Assembly (NCBI GenBank): GCA_964270895.1
Contig: OZ185444.1
DNA length: 64,000 nucleotides
Strand: one strand, 5' to 3'
DNA from: Podarcis filfolensis
Lineage: Eukaryota
The notes beneath the pieces were generated by a model, which was given only the letters and a program-made list of their open reading frames with translations, searched no databases and was not told the DNA's origin. Positions 47,250 through 59,925 of this stretch are shown one piece after another. Each line of letters opens with the position of its first letter. Positions within the stretch are counted from its first letter, which is position 1. Both the position numbers and the translations under genes were made by a program.

Positions 47250-48431
47250 GCAAGTAGAATATAAGAGTTTTCATTCAACAGATAAGCTCTGAAGCACCCC
47301 TGGCCTCCACATCCTAATTAAAGCTTGCATAAGAACTGGGAGTAATCATTCCTTCCTGTCTTCCTTTTTCCTAACAACTGGATGGTTCGTCACGGGGGGG
47401 GGGGCGGGATTTTCCCCATGCATAAAAGTTATTGGGAGGGGAAGTGAGCGGTTCAGTCTCCTAAACAAAAGTGGGCAGAAGTTTAAATACAATTAAGCAG
47501 TGCAGCACAGTGTCAGGTAGACCAACTAATGCCTTCTGGTTATTTGAATTCTTTCAGATAATTAACACAGGCCTTTGTCTGATCCAGCAAGACACTTAAA
47601 CAAGAATGCATATTTTGGGATTGTTTCACAGAAAATAGTTATGCCATAATTTGGCTGTGCACTCCTGCTTTGTAAATTGAAAGCCCATGGATCTTATTGT
47701 GCAGAGAGCATATTTGCATAGAGTAGGGATAGCCTGGTGCCCCCAGAGGTTGTTGGACATCAGCTCTCATCATCCCTGACCATTGTCTGTGCTGGCTGGG
47801 ACTGATCAGGGTTGGAGTCCAGAAGCATCTGGAGAGCACAGTGTTGGTTATCCCTGACAAGGAAGGCCTTTTTATGTTTCCCTAATAGATCTTCAACTTC
47901 AGCTTGCTTTGTTCTTACGTGTTTGGTAGCTTTCCTAGTTTTTAAAACACTGGGGCAGTTATGCTGATTCACGAAGTGGGCATCGGCATGGTACCTTGCT
48001 GAATATGTCAGAGAAAAGTATAAACTGTAATCTCCTTCTTTGTCTTTCCCAATAGCTATGCTATATCTTTATTTCTTCATTTGGGATGGTTTTCAGACTT
48101 CATTATGAGTTTATACTATGGTCTTTTCATGGAATATGATCATCTACTGCTGCACCACAACACAAACTCCTATTTTCCATCCTTGAAAGTGCTTTTTTGA
48201 GGCTTTGGATAAGAACTTGGCTGAAACACAGCAATGTTCCTTTCCCTTTGAATGCCAGTGATGTTTCCATAGATGACGGAATCCTTGTCTATCAGACTTT
48301 CTTTTCTAGCTCTGGTTTTCTGATGTTCCTTATATACCAAAATTATTTTTTTATGAATTCTCCAGGGCTGTACTGACTATTGACAACATCTGTTTCAACA
48401 GAACTGACAGTGTTTTCCTCTTGTTGCACAG

Positions 48432-48549
48432 TGGGAACAGCCCAATGCCCTGTGTATTGTATATGATGTTACCAATGAAGAGTCTTTCAATAACGCTGCC
48501 AAATGGCTTGAGAAGCTGAGGACCCAAGCCTCTGGAATACATATTCCAG
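48432..48549 (+). CDS. IFT27: IFT27 exon 5 ([39 protein letters not shown])
   Basis: tgcacag|TGG ... CCAG|gtagga; 118 nt. Confidence 0.97.
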
Positions 48550-48852
48550 GTAGGAGACTGAATATTTTTGCATATATACTTTGTGCCTGTAACTCCTGCA
48601 CATGAGTTCTGACAGACATCAGCATCTCAGTTCCAAGCTGTTAGAATGCCTTTCTTTTATTCAGTCAGTATCTGAAACAAATATGGGAAATACATATGCC
48701 ATGTGACTCCCTTGTGGTCTTTCTTTCCATTACTTTGTCAAACAACACATTTTCCTGTCTCTTTTACCTGTTAACTTCCTAGATTTTATAGTGCCATTGT
48801 TAATAATGCTTCTTTTCAATGCTTCTTTTCTTCTTCCTTTTGTTTTTTGTAG

Positions 48853-48962
48853 GTGTGCTAGTGGGCAATAAGACCGATTTGATCGAGAGGCGAGTTGTGG
48901 AACAAAAACAAGCTAAAGACTGGGCAGAAACCAATGGCCTAGAATATTGCGAGATGTCAGTA
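48853..48962 (+). CDS. IFT27: IFT27 exon 6 (GVLVGNKTDL...EYCEMSV)
   Basis: tttgtag|GT ... GTA|gtgagt; 110 nt; G4 motif NKTD. Confidence 0.97.
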
Positions 48963-49122
48963 GTGAGTGTCTATATAATCGGATGTAGAGAAATAATTGC
49001 TTTCATTTTCAGATAGAGGAGGCACTGGATTATGTTGTTGTTTCCTGCAATTGTTGTTTCTTGAAGTAATTAAATGAGATTTTCGTCATCTGTCATCATA
49101 TATTTGTTTTTTATGTTTACAG

Positions 49123-49221
49123 AAAGAGATGGAAAACTATGAAGCCCCTTTTCACATCATGGCAAATGCCTTCCACCGACTCTACAAAGAGAGGGTGGAA
49201 ACCTTTCATTCATTGGTATGA
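49123..49221 (+). CDS. IFT27: IFT27 exon 7 (KEMENYEAPFH...FHSLV-stop)
   Basis: gtttacag|AAA; TGA 49219-49221; total CDS 561 nt = 186 aa plus stop; no CAAX motif, as expected for RABL4. Confidence 0.97.
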   Translation, partial: KEMENYEAPFHIMANAFHRLYKERVETFHSLV

Positions 49222-49373
49222 GGCACCTCTGAGTGTGTCAACGCTTAGCTTGTTTCATTTCTTTGTGCCTGGAACTAATCAAATGTTTAGCAATCACAGA
49301 CTAAATCCTGTAAGAGTGGAAGTTAGACTTTTATTTTCTTATTATCATATGTTTTCCTGTAATTCTAAGCCAA

Positions 49374-49379
49374 AATAAA
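49374..49379 (+). terminator. IFT27: IFT27 polyadenylation signal
   Basis: AATAAA about 150 nt after the stop. Confidence 0.65.
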
Positions 49380-49544
49380 CCTATTGAAAGAGACTTTGAC
49401 TAATATTTCACCTGGCTATTACTTATCCAGTGACTTAAAATTTGGCATGCGTGACTTTGCCTGATTGCAGTTTAAATATTGCGAAAGCAAGTATAATGTG
49501 GGTCAAAGCATTCCCAAATGATTGAGGGTTGTTTAAAATCACAA

Positions 49545-50920
49545 TATTAGACATTCAGCTGGAGTATATATTGCAGATCAGGAAAGATGCTGTAAGAGCC
49601 ACCAGAATGTCAACATAGTTAACAAGAAGAGTCAAAGAAGCTGGTAGAGGCAAAAAGACTTCCTTCAAAATATGGAGGTCTTGTCCAAACGAGAACAAAA
49701 AGTAACACAAGCTTGGGGAAACAAAGTGCGAGCAGGCAGTAAGGAAGAGCATATTGCTAAAAACATGAAGATCAAAACCAAGAAGTTATTCCAACACATT
49801 AGTAGCAGGAGACTACATGGGGAGGCAGTTAGACCCTTGGATGACAAAAGTGTCAAAGGAGAATAAGGACATTGCAGAGAAGTTGAGTGAATTATTTGCA
49901 CCTGTCATCATAGCAGAAGTTATGGGGCAGATCCCAGTGCCTGGACTCACTTTTGCAAGAAGGGAGTCTGAGGATCTGAGGCAGATAGCGGTGACATGAG
50001 ATGAAGTTCTTTCTAGGCCTAATAGACTAAATAAAATAAAATTGACAAGTTGCTGGGTCTAGATGGCACCCACCTGAGAGTTCTCATAGAACAGAAATGT
50101 GAAATTGCTGGTTTTCTAACAAAAATATGTAACTAGCCGTGATTGGAAAGTAGTCAATGTTACATTAATATATAAAAACGGATCCAGGGAGGTTCCTGGA
50201 AATTATAGGTCGGTTAGCTTAACATCTATCCTTGGAAAACTGGTGGAAAGCACTGTTAAGGATAAAATAACCAAGGAAATAGAAGAACAAGCCTAGGTGA
50301 AACAAGGTCAGCATGGTTTCTGCAAGATCAAGTACTGTCCCAGAAACCCATTGGAACTATCTGAAAGTGTCAACAAGCATATAAATAGAGATGATGTGGT
50401 TGACAAAATGTACTTGGATTTTCAAAAAGCTTTCGACAAGGTACTGCACAAAAGACTCCTGAGTAAGCTTAGCAGTCAATGAAAGGAAAGGTCCTCCTGT
50501 GGTGTAGGAACGGATTAAGTAGCAGGAAGCAGAGAGTAGTAATAAATGGTCAGTTCTCTGAATGGAAAGCTGTAGGAAGTGGAGTTCCCCAAAGGATTGC
50601 TTTTGCGACTTGTGTTTTTTAACTTGTTCATAAACCATCTAAGAGTTGGAGGTGAACAGTGGTGGCCAAGTTTGCTGATGATACTAAATTGATCAGGGTC
50701 ATTAAAACAAAAAGGTTGTGAAGACTTCCAAAAGGGCCTCTCAAAACTGAGTGAAGATGCAGTAGAATGCCTGATGCTGAGAATCGCAGGTGAGCCGAGT
50801 GCTGTTGCGTTCAGGTCCTGCTTGTGGGGTTCCTACAGACGTCTGGTTGGCCACTGTGAGGATAGGATGCTGAACCAGACGTGCCATTGGCCTGATCCAG
50901 AAGAGCTCTTACGTTCTTAA
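49545..50920 (+). mobile_element. Degraded CR1 ORF2 (reverse transcriptase region) and tail
   Basis: Remnant motifs QHGF, YLDFQKAFDKV, GVPQG and KFADDTKL with stops and frameshifts. Confidence 0.88.
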
Positions 50921-51110
50921 GCCCATGGGGTAATTTTCACAGCTTGGAGCTCTTCAGCGTTACTACCAAGACCAATATCTGTTTGTAATTTCACAACATT
51001 TATTTTGATTATTTAATTGATGGTTTTGATTTGGCTCATTCTCTCTGGCTGTTTGTAGTTCTCTTAACTGCTAAGGGCTTTTCTTCTCCCTCTTTTACCA
51101 CTTGAGAATG

Positions 51111-51128
51111 CACTGCCCTCTGCTGGTG
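51111..51128 (-). promoter_or_regulatory. Candidate CTCF site
   Basis: Minus strand CACCAGCAGAGGGCAGTG; the core fits CCASYAGRKGGCRS at all 14 positions. Confidence 0.55.
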
Positions 51129-51826
51129 CCCAGACCATTTAAGGAAGGCTGTGTCAGCCGAGGGTTAGAGCACAATTGCCTTCTAAGACTTTGCCTTAGC
51201 ATATTGAAACTTGCTTTTGCTTAACAGTTTTCTTCCCATTTTACTAGTGCTTGTCACATTGTACAGTTGTAACTGATGGGCTTCTGACATTTCCACTGTG
51301 GTATATAAAGAATTAATCTTGTGGGAGTGATATAGAATACACTTGCTACTTTTAAATTGAGAGATTATACTGGAAAGACTTGTCATAACGTATTTATCTG
51401 TTCTGATTTTTTTTTTTAAATTCTTCCTTATCCCAAGGGCTCAGGGCAGGTCGTAACATGCTGCACATAAATAAAGTCTAAAAATATCATGTTACAAAAC
51501 CCATACAACTCAAAGCATATTAATATGGCCCAATGTACGCAGAGTTGTAGCACACTTACCAAAAACCAATCCAGATACAAAAGACTTGTGACTTTCCATA
51601 CGCCATCTATAAGTGCCAACGATACAGAAAAGCATCAATCAAGCAATCTCATTAGCTGCAAATACCTTTGACTAGAGATATGAGGTGCAGATTACCATTT
51701 TTGCACATGGGGTTCTTGCAAAGATATTTTCTTTTTAGTAAAGCTAATAGCAGAGAATTCCTGAAAAACAGTCTCGTTGGTGAAGGCAAAGAAACTGCTG
51801 ATTGAACTCTTAATGTACATTAACAC

Positions 51827-51851
51827 AAATAATAATAATAATAATAATAAT
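51827..51851. repeat. (AAT)n microsatellite
   Basis: Direct observation. Confidence 0.92.
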
Positions 51852-52654
51852 TCCTGGAAAAATTGTGTGGAACTTGCCCTTTAAAGCAGAAGGATGGGAG
51901 ATGGACAAGGAGTGAAGGTGCTGCTGTGCTTGAGCAAATCTGGATTATGCCAAAAAGGCAGCAATTAAAGGCAGAATTAGTAGGGCTGCTGCTAGAATCC
52001 TCTAATAAACCCACATTCAGGAGCTGTCTTAAGGTGGGGGTGGGGATGGGGACCAGGAATCTGATGCGGGTGCTGACAAGCAAAAGTGCTGCATATCCTT
52101 TCCTTATGCAGCTCTTGCTTGCTTTTAGGCACTTGCACGTACATACACAGGGAGAGAAGTGCTCTGCTTTGGTACCAAATAATGGCTGTCTTCACAAATG
52201 GACAAAGCATCTGAAGTAGCAAATTGCTTCTCTGTCAGTTCTGAAGTTCTCTTTGAACTGTTAGCATTATATGCTGATAATGCTTAAACATCTGCATTGT
52301 CTACCCGCTGATGTTAAGTTATTTTCTTCATGCTTTATCAATGTATCCCTACCAATTATTTTTCCTAAATGGGTGGTTGCCAATTCTGCTTGCATTTTAT
52401 CATCCCCCCCCCCCCGCTCCTTCCAGACTTGCTACACATCCGCAACACTTTATATACTAAAGAGTTACATCTTCTGAGAGTGATGTGGTTGGACAGATAT
52501 AATCACAGAAGTTCATAGGCTTCTGCACCTCCCTAATTATGGGGCAGTTCCTTTGTTTGTCATCTTGGTCTGTCGTTTCTCGTGTCCCAAAATAGCAATA
52601 TGTGGGTGGCTGGGGAACTGCTCACTTGCAGATTCTTGTTCCCCAGACCTCTGC

Positions 52655-53035
52655 AGTAATCCATAGGATCAAGGAGTTCTAGAGCTTGAAGGCACCCCAA
52701 GAGGCATCTAATCCAGGCATAGGCAAACTCAGCCTTCCAGATGTTTTGGGACTACAACTCCCATCATCCCTGACCACTGGTCCTGTTAGCTAGGGATGAT
52801 GGGAGTTGTAGTCCCAAAACATCTGGAGGGCCGAGTTTGCCTGTGCCTGATCCAACCCAAACTCTTGCAATTTCAGGAATCAAAGCTACAGAAACCCTGA
52901 CAGATGGCCATCCAATCTCTGTTTAAAAATCTCCAGTGAAGGAGACCCCACCACCTTCCAAAGTAGTCTGTATAACTGTTGAACAGCTTTGGGGAATGAT
53001 AGAGCCCTGACTTTCTCCAAGAAGCTCCAGGTCTG
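52655..53035 (-). mobile_element. CR1 3' fragment hosting the hAT MITE at 52714
   Basis: ATAGGATC...GAGCTTGAAGGCACCCC...ATCTAATC | CAACCC...CAGATGGCCATCCAATCTCTGTTTAAAAATCTCC. Confidence 0.8.
52714..52849. mobile_element. hAT MITE of the same family inserted in a CR1 fragment
   Basis: CAGGCATAGGCAAACT...AGTTTGCCTGTGCCTG; degenerate 8-bp TSD ATCTAATC / ATCCAACC. Confidence 0.92.
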
Positions 53036-54067
53036 TGGGGATAAAATGGCAGGAAGAATCATGTATTCCACCTTGAGCTTCTTTGAGGATAGATAGATAA
53101 GATAGATAGATATACACCTAATCAATACATAAGGTTTCATCCCTTCCTTCTGGTGGAGTGTTGGCAACCTAGCCAACACTTTGTTGAAGTCGCTGCAATT
53201 TTACTTCCACAGGCTCTCTCAATTCTTGTTCTGATTTGGGAGATTTCTCTCTTCCCCACTCCCCACGGGAGGAATTTAGTTCATTCTTCTGTCATAGCCT
53301 CACATATCTCCTCCCCTGGAGATGTTTTCTTCCTTTCTCCAAAGAGAAGCCTGGGATTTCTTTTCTTTCGCTCTGATCTTTGAAAACAAATAATAATCTG
53401 GCAGTGCTTATAGGGTGAATATGACAGGCCCAGTGTGTCAAGCCTGGGTTGGGGTCAGTTTTCATGAGTTCCCCTCAAGCCATATATGTGTGAATGGGAA
53501 CGGCATGGAGGTTGCAATAAGATTGCTGAGTAAGTACTGGGAAATTATCTTTCTCTAGTTCTCTCCAGGAAGCAAGCACTATAAAAGAAATTGATTATTG
53601 GAACACAAAGTCATGCATAATCATACATAATCCCAGCATTCATTTATCTGCCCAAGCCTCAAAACATTAAAGGCCCAGTTCCCCAAAATTTGGGGCATTT
53701 TTTTTTTATTTATTTTTTTTGCTGCCAAAAGTAAATGGAAAATAGTGTTGTTCTGATAGTGTGGTGTTCTACACCACCTGCATTGAATTCAAAGTGTTAT
53801 CCAGATACAGAAGAATGCAGTTTGATATTGATGTATATCGTTCTGAATGTGTGAAGTGCTTTATAATTTTGAGCTTCCCCTTAAAACTACCCTGTAGGTC
53901 ACTCTTATTCTCATTGTACAGTGACATCTAGTGTGATTGAGAGGGCATTCGAACCCAGATCACGTGAGATTAAGTTTGGTGCTCTCCACTGAACCATTAA
54001 GATTTTCACTAAGGCCATAACTGAGGTTACTCAAGCTGCTAACACTGCAGTATTACAATCTACCTCA

Positions 54068-54117
54068 TTGTTTGTTTGTTTGTTTGTTTGTTTGTTTGTT
54101 TGTTTGTTTGTTTGTTT
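54068..54117. repeat. (GTTT)n microsatellite (tail of an L2 fragment)
   Basis: Direct observation. Confidence 0.93.
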
Positions 54118-57100
54118 ATATACCGCCCTATACCTGTAGATCTCGGTGGTTCACAACACAAAATCACAATATAATGAACACAAAATGCATAATAAAAATA
54201 AGAACAGAACAAAACCAGTAATTCCCCCAAGTTCATGTTGGGCAATGGAGTCATGAGCCACACATGACTGGGTTACACCACATACTAACCACAATTCGAA
54301 CTGTTTTGGGTGGCTCATATGGAGCAGGATTTAAACAGAATTCCAGTTCAGGGATTAAGCTTTTTTAAAATAAAAAATAATTATTTGTATCCGGGCCAAG
54401 GCCGAGCTCAGAGCAGCTAACATCATAAAAACAACACAAAACATAACTTTAAGCAACCTACATCACAAAAATAACATTCAACAATCATTAGAATAGTATA
54501 CAATAATAATATCAACATATAAAAGTTAAACAGAAGTCCACTCAACAGTTACAATAAACAAATTCTAAACTATAATCAATAAATCAATGGCAACCCACAG
54601 TACATAAAATAATACAATACAAATTGAGAAGCAGAGACTAGAGGGTGGAGTAAGGCAGGTGGAAGGAGGCCTTGTCTGTCAAAGTCTCTCCCCTCACAGC
54701 TTGATAGTTTCCCCTTTATGCCCACTCTTAAAAAAAATAATCACTACCCATGGGTGTTGATTGCTGCATATTCAGCAAAGATCAAATTAAGGTACGTACT
54801 GTATATGCATATATTTTATACATCCGGCTGGCTCTTCAACCTACCTCCTCTGTGTTAAATCACATTTAGTGAGTAGCATGTAACTAAAGCTTTGTAGTTA
54901 GTCATTGCTTAGCAAAACTTGGGCCTAAAGCTAACACAAAGCTGCCCAACAAAAGTAAATGAAAGCTTCAGGCATTTCAAAAGTCTTTTACCTAATACTC
55001 TTAACTTTGGTGTATTCTAAACCATAGTTCAGGGCAACATCTTTAGAATTACAAAGATTTGACTGCTGCCAATATTTGTGGCAGGTGGAAGCAAAACTAC
55101 AGGTTCTTCATATAGCAAACAGGTCAGGAAAATGGTATATCCCAAGAACGTAATAGCCATCTTAGCCCCATTGCAAAACGCAGGCACTACAGCCAAGATA
55201 TACTATACATCAGCATTCACTTTATTCCTAATCTAAAATAAATATTTGGATGGGTCATAAAACAGCATAGCTGATAAAGAGCTAGGCTGAAAGGCTTTTA
55301 ATAAAGCAAGACTGAAGAGCAGTAAAAGATTTCAGTACATAAAAGGCTTTAGCACATGACCATGTGTTTACTGAATCAGCTTTCCTGCTGTCCTTTAGAC
55401 AAGTAAAAACATAAATGCCACTGCCAGTTCTGTGTCGATCATACTGGGCTCCCAGTATTATACTCTCTGCGAGGGGCACATCTGTACCATAAATCCAGTG
55501 TGAATGCTTCTCCCAGTGAAGAGACTTTACTCCACACTGGCAGAGTCTGACATTCGGATGTATTCGCAGCAGATATCTGTGGTTTCTGGAGCAAGGAGGA
55601 GTATGTAAGGGGAACAAGGCTCAGGGATGTGTATGAAGGAAAAGTGGTACCAGGAGGCCACTGCATCTCCTTGGCTACCTCCTCAGCTTCTGTTTCTTAC
55701 CCTTCCATCTCCCAGGCATGACTCAGAAAGCTGAAGCAATTGGTAGAGGAGCCATCATATGGTGAACTCAGAAATGATACTCTCTTGAACCCTGTGTGCT
55801 ACATTGCCTCGGGGCACTCCCTCGCCGAGTTTTGTGGTAGAATGAGTGCTGCACATGTGTTTTTGGCACCATCCACATGACATCACCATGAAAATTCCAG
55901 TTCGTAATCTGGATTCCCTGTTCACTATAAAACAAGCTCGGAATCCACATGGGAGCCTGGAGTGGAAGATTTCGAGGTTTACAAAAGCAGATGAAGGCTG
56001 CTGCTCTGCAGGAAGCTCTCGGAGAATGTTTGCTTCGTGTCCGTGGCCCGTGTACTAGATGAGGCTTGGTTTCAGTGTTGTATATCTGTCAAAAGCTGAG
56101 CCTCAAAACAAAGCTCTTCCCATCCTCCGTGTTCTCATGTTGGAAAGCCCGGGGACGTTTCTCTTGGGCAAGGATTGAGTCACAGCTGCTGCTACTTCTG
56201 CTGCCGATAGCCCTGTCGCCAGAGTCAGCCTAGTGGTGTGGCTTTCACTTGTTCTCACAGATAGGAGACACAACTAAGCCAAAGTGACAGGGGCTCGCAG
56301 GAGAGATGGGGCAGAAAGCGCATCGCCAAAGAGGAGGCTTCTGGGCAGCAGAAAACTCTGTGTCCCTCTACCAAGCTGCGATGAGCCCTGCCAGTTCTTT
56401 TCTACAGATCTATATAAGTCACTGCCCATGAAGTTCTGGAACAGACCACCAATTTGAGCTTGCAGTGGCATTTCCCCCCATCCCCATTTTTACCAGTCAC
56501 GTCCCTCCCCTCCCCTTATTCCTGTCTCCAGCTAAGCAAGCTCATTGCAATGTCAGATCTTGACCTCATCCTGAAGGGATACCCCTCTTTTCTTCTGCAG
56601 CCCAGCTTCTCAGGCATCCCACTTGATGCTCAGGCCAGAGCTATGCCGCTGCTTTGCTCTGTGCTGCTGGTTAGGAGGTTGGGCTGGAACCGGATAATGA
56701 GGGCATGGCTTGAGTTTCTCTGTGTACGTTTGAGTGTGTGTGTGTTTATGAGGGGCGGGGGTATCCCAGGCAGGCACCCCCTTCCTCCCCCACTATCAGA
56801 CTGCACTCATTTATTACACCATCTGCTTTCTCAGTGCCAGAGATGATGCTGGGGATATGTGACTTGGGGCACTCAGGCGGAAACTGGCCTGCACAAGGCC
56901 AGGCATGTGTTTGCCTCCTAGCAATGCAGCGGTCAGCAGCAAATTCTTTGCCGCCGCCTCCTCTCAGTATGGGAGAGAGTGAGTGAGGGCCTGGAAGTGT
57001 CCGAGATGCAGAAAGATGGGCTGTGTGAAGGAGGCAAAACTACCAAGCGATCGGGGGAGACGGGTAATGTCTGTGTGGCAGTGGTGGTGGGAGGAGGAAC

Positions 57101-59723
57101 TAGGCCATGGACCAGGTGCAGAAGACAAGAAGGGGTGGAAGAGCTGATGGGGAAAGGGAGGCGAGGAGGTAAGGAGAGCCAGGGAAGGTAGGCAGGGACA
57201 AAAATAACAGGAGAGAAGTGGGGGCCCACTACTCCCTTCCAGCTAATGGCCACAAGAAGCGACCGTGAATAGCATAGCATCAATATTAAGGGCTAGACCA
57301 ATGTGTCACAGAGATTAAAGCAGGGTGAGAAATGGGTTGTGTGGAGGAAGGTGAGGGGAAATGGCAGGAGGAGGCAGGTGTCATGATCAACAGAGGAAGG
57401 AAGGGAAATGTGAACAGTGAGAAGAAGAGAAATGGAATTGAGAAATGTGAATTGAGGATTCCTCAGAATCTGAAGAGAACTCTAGGCCATCTTTGGCAGC
57501 TGTCAGGAACAAGAGAGTTTCGTTCCTAAGATACTCAAAGTGCCTGTTATTTGAATTTGAAGTGGCATTCACCTTTGGAATACTTACTTCCCATAATTTA
57601 ATCAGATTAACCTTGAAAGGACTTAATAGCTATTTGGGCCAACACCTTTTATATAGGGCCCAAGTAAATAAAGATAATAAGGGGTGTGGCTAAGTATCAC
57701 ATTAGTGGTATTTATCGCTACTGAAATATTTTCTGGGAAAATATACTCGGGGAGTCATATCCTGACATATTTATTTAACAAACAAAAAAACCATTTGATT
57801 GTAATAAAACCTATAAGTGGTTTACAGTAAATATAACAGTAAGATAATCAAAGACCCTGATTGTGGGTATTCTTTCTTACCAGATGAAGACTAGAGGTTG
57901 TGTCAGGGTAGCATTAGAGTGGGGGTTTTCTATTCCATGTGGTGTATTAGTTTGTTCTGTATTTTAATTTCATCCTTTCCTTGCCCACATGAACTCATAC
58001 GTAACATTATTTGGTTGCTTTTGTTAACCACAGCTGAGTCAAGAAGCAGGGGGATTCATAAAGGGCCTCAATTCAAAATAATTTGTGATTCAATGAAATT
58101 TGTAGATTCCCAAACTGAATTTACAATGCAGCTCAGAGGAATCGGTGCAATCAATTGGGGACGAAGGTATCCCCATGCAAAAATGAGACTGTTAAGATAA
58201 AAAAAAAACCAACCCAATCTTGGATGTTTAAAAGCTTAAAGCAGGGATGGGGGGACCTGTGGCCCCCCCTTGTAGGTCTACTACTGCCATCCTCCCTGGT
58301 GTGGTATATTGTGTATAAAAGGTTAAAATGAAATTGGCGTCAGCCATTGCTCCTCTCATGAATCAGTGGGTGGGATTTATGGTGGGTGGGTATTTCAGGC
58401 CTCTACCAGCTCAGTTCTGTGTATGCTGGTCTCAGAGCTAGTCTTCTTTATCACCTGTCTAATAAAGCAACTGTTCAGCTGTTCTCCTGTTATGCTGCAT
58501 GGTTAACAGGAAGGGGTGCAGTTGTGTTTGTAGATGTACAAGGATATTAAGCCCTGGTCTGATTAGAGATGGAGTCCCAACAACAGCTGAAAGGCCATGG
58601 ACTCATCACCCTGTCTTTTGAGCCTCCTGTCTTGTGGAGGCACGTGCTGAACCACCGTTGTCCTATCAAACAACAACTGAAGACAAGGAAGCCAAAGAGA
58701 GAGCAGAGCGCTGTTACCCCATCAGACCTTTCCCCTGCGCAGAAATACTGCACAGTCTGCACTGCTGCAAACAGATGGCATTTGTGCATATGTGTTTGGG
58801 GTGGGGGGAGCACAGCATATGTCTCCATTGAGAGCTGGGATATTCAAGGGTCCTCCTTTGAGTTGCAATCTGGAAAGCCTACAGAAAAGGCTGTGTTAGG
58901 CAGGACCCCTCTTAAGAGTCCACCTTCGTTCTCCTCTCTCTTCCTTATTTCTTCCTTGCACCCCGCCACCTGATATTCACTTATAGGTAAGCAAATAAAA
59001 GTTCATCTCTACCATATGTTTCTACCCTTCTGCTCTAACAGAAGTTTCAGAGTGGCGAATGATTTGAAATAATAACCGTCTCTTTAAAACAGGGTTGGGG
59101 GATCTGTGGTCCTCCTGACGTTGGGCTCTAACCCCCCATCAGCCTCTCCAGCCAACACAGCCAAGGAGTAGTCTAGCACAGTGGTTCCCAATTAGGGGTC
59201 CAGGGACCCTTGCGGGTCTGCAGAACATACCCATGGGGTCTGCGGCACCATCTCCTGCCAGGAACTCACTTAAAATGCAGAATGAAAGCCTTCCATGGAT
59301 CATCCAGCCTCTGCTCACAACTAGTGTCTGCTTATTGGCAGGCGAAAATGTGTGAAAGGGTTGCTGGATGGCAAGTGAGCTGGGATTGGGCACAAACCTC
59401 TGACACAGTTTCTTAGGGCTTTTGCGATTGGAACGGGAGAGCAGGGGGAGAGTGCAAACATGCTCACATGCTTATCATTTAAAAAATCTAAGGGATTCCT
59501 TGCCCTTGCTCTCTACTTTTTAACTGAAAAGAACTTCTAATTGTTTTCAACGACTATCAAGTTTAGAGGACTCTCCCACTGCTTGTAAGTAGGGTTTTCA
59601 GTGAATCTTGCCTTATGAGTTTGGGATTCAGGTCTCATCTTGGAAGTCCAACAGGAGAAACAGCTAAGCAAATTGCCACTCTGAATAGCACAACAGCTCA
59701 GCCTCTGATGATTTAGTTTAGTG

Positions 59724-59925
59724 CATGGGTAGGCAAACTAAGGCCCGGGGGACGGATCCAGCCCAATTGCCTTCTCAATCCGGTCCACAGACGGTCCGGG
59801 AATGCATCTCTGGGTTATTTGTGGGGCATAGGAATTCGTTCATCCCCCCCCAATATAGTCCAGCCCCCCACAAGGTCTGAGGGACAATGGACTGGCCCCC
59901 TACTGAAAAAGTTTGCTAACCCCTG
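59724..59925. mobile_element. hAT non-autonomous element
   Basis: Imperfect TIR CATGGGTAGGCAAACT / AGTTTGCTAACCCCTG; 8-bp TSD GTTTAGTG at 59716-59723 and 59926-59933. Confidence 0.88.
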
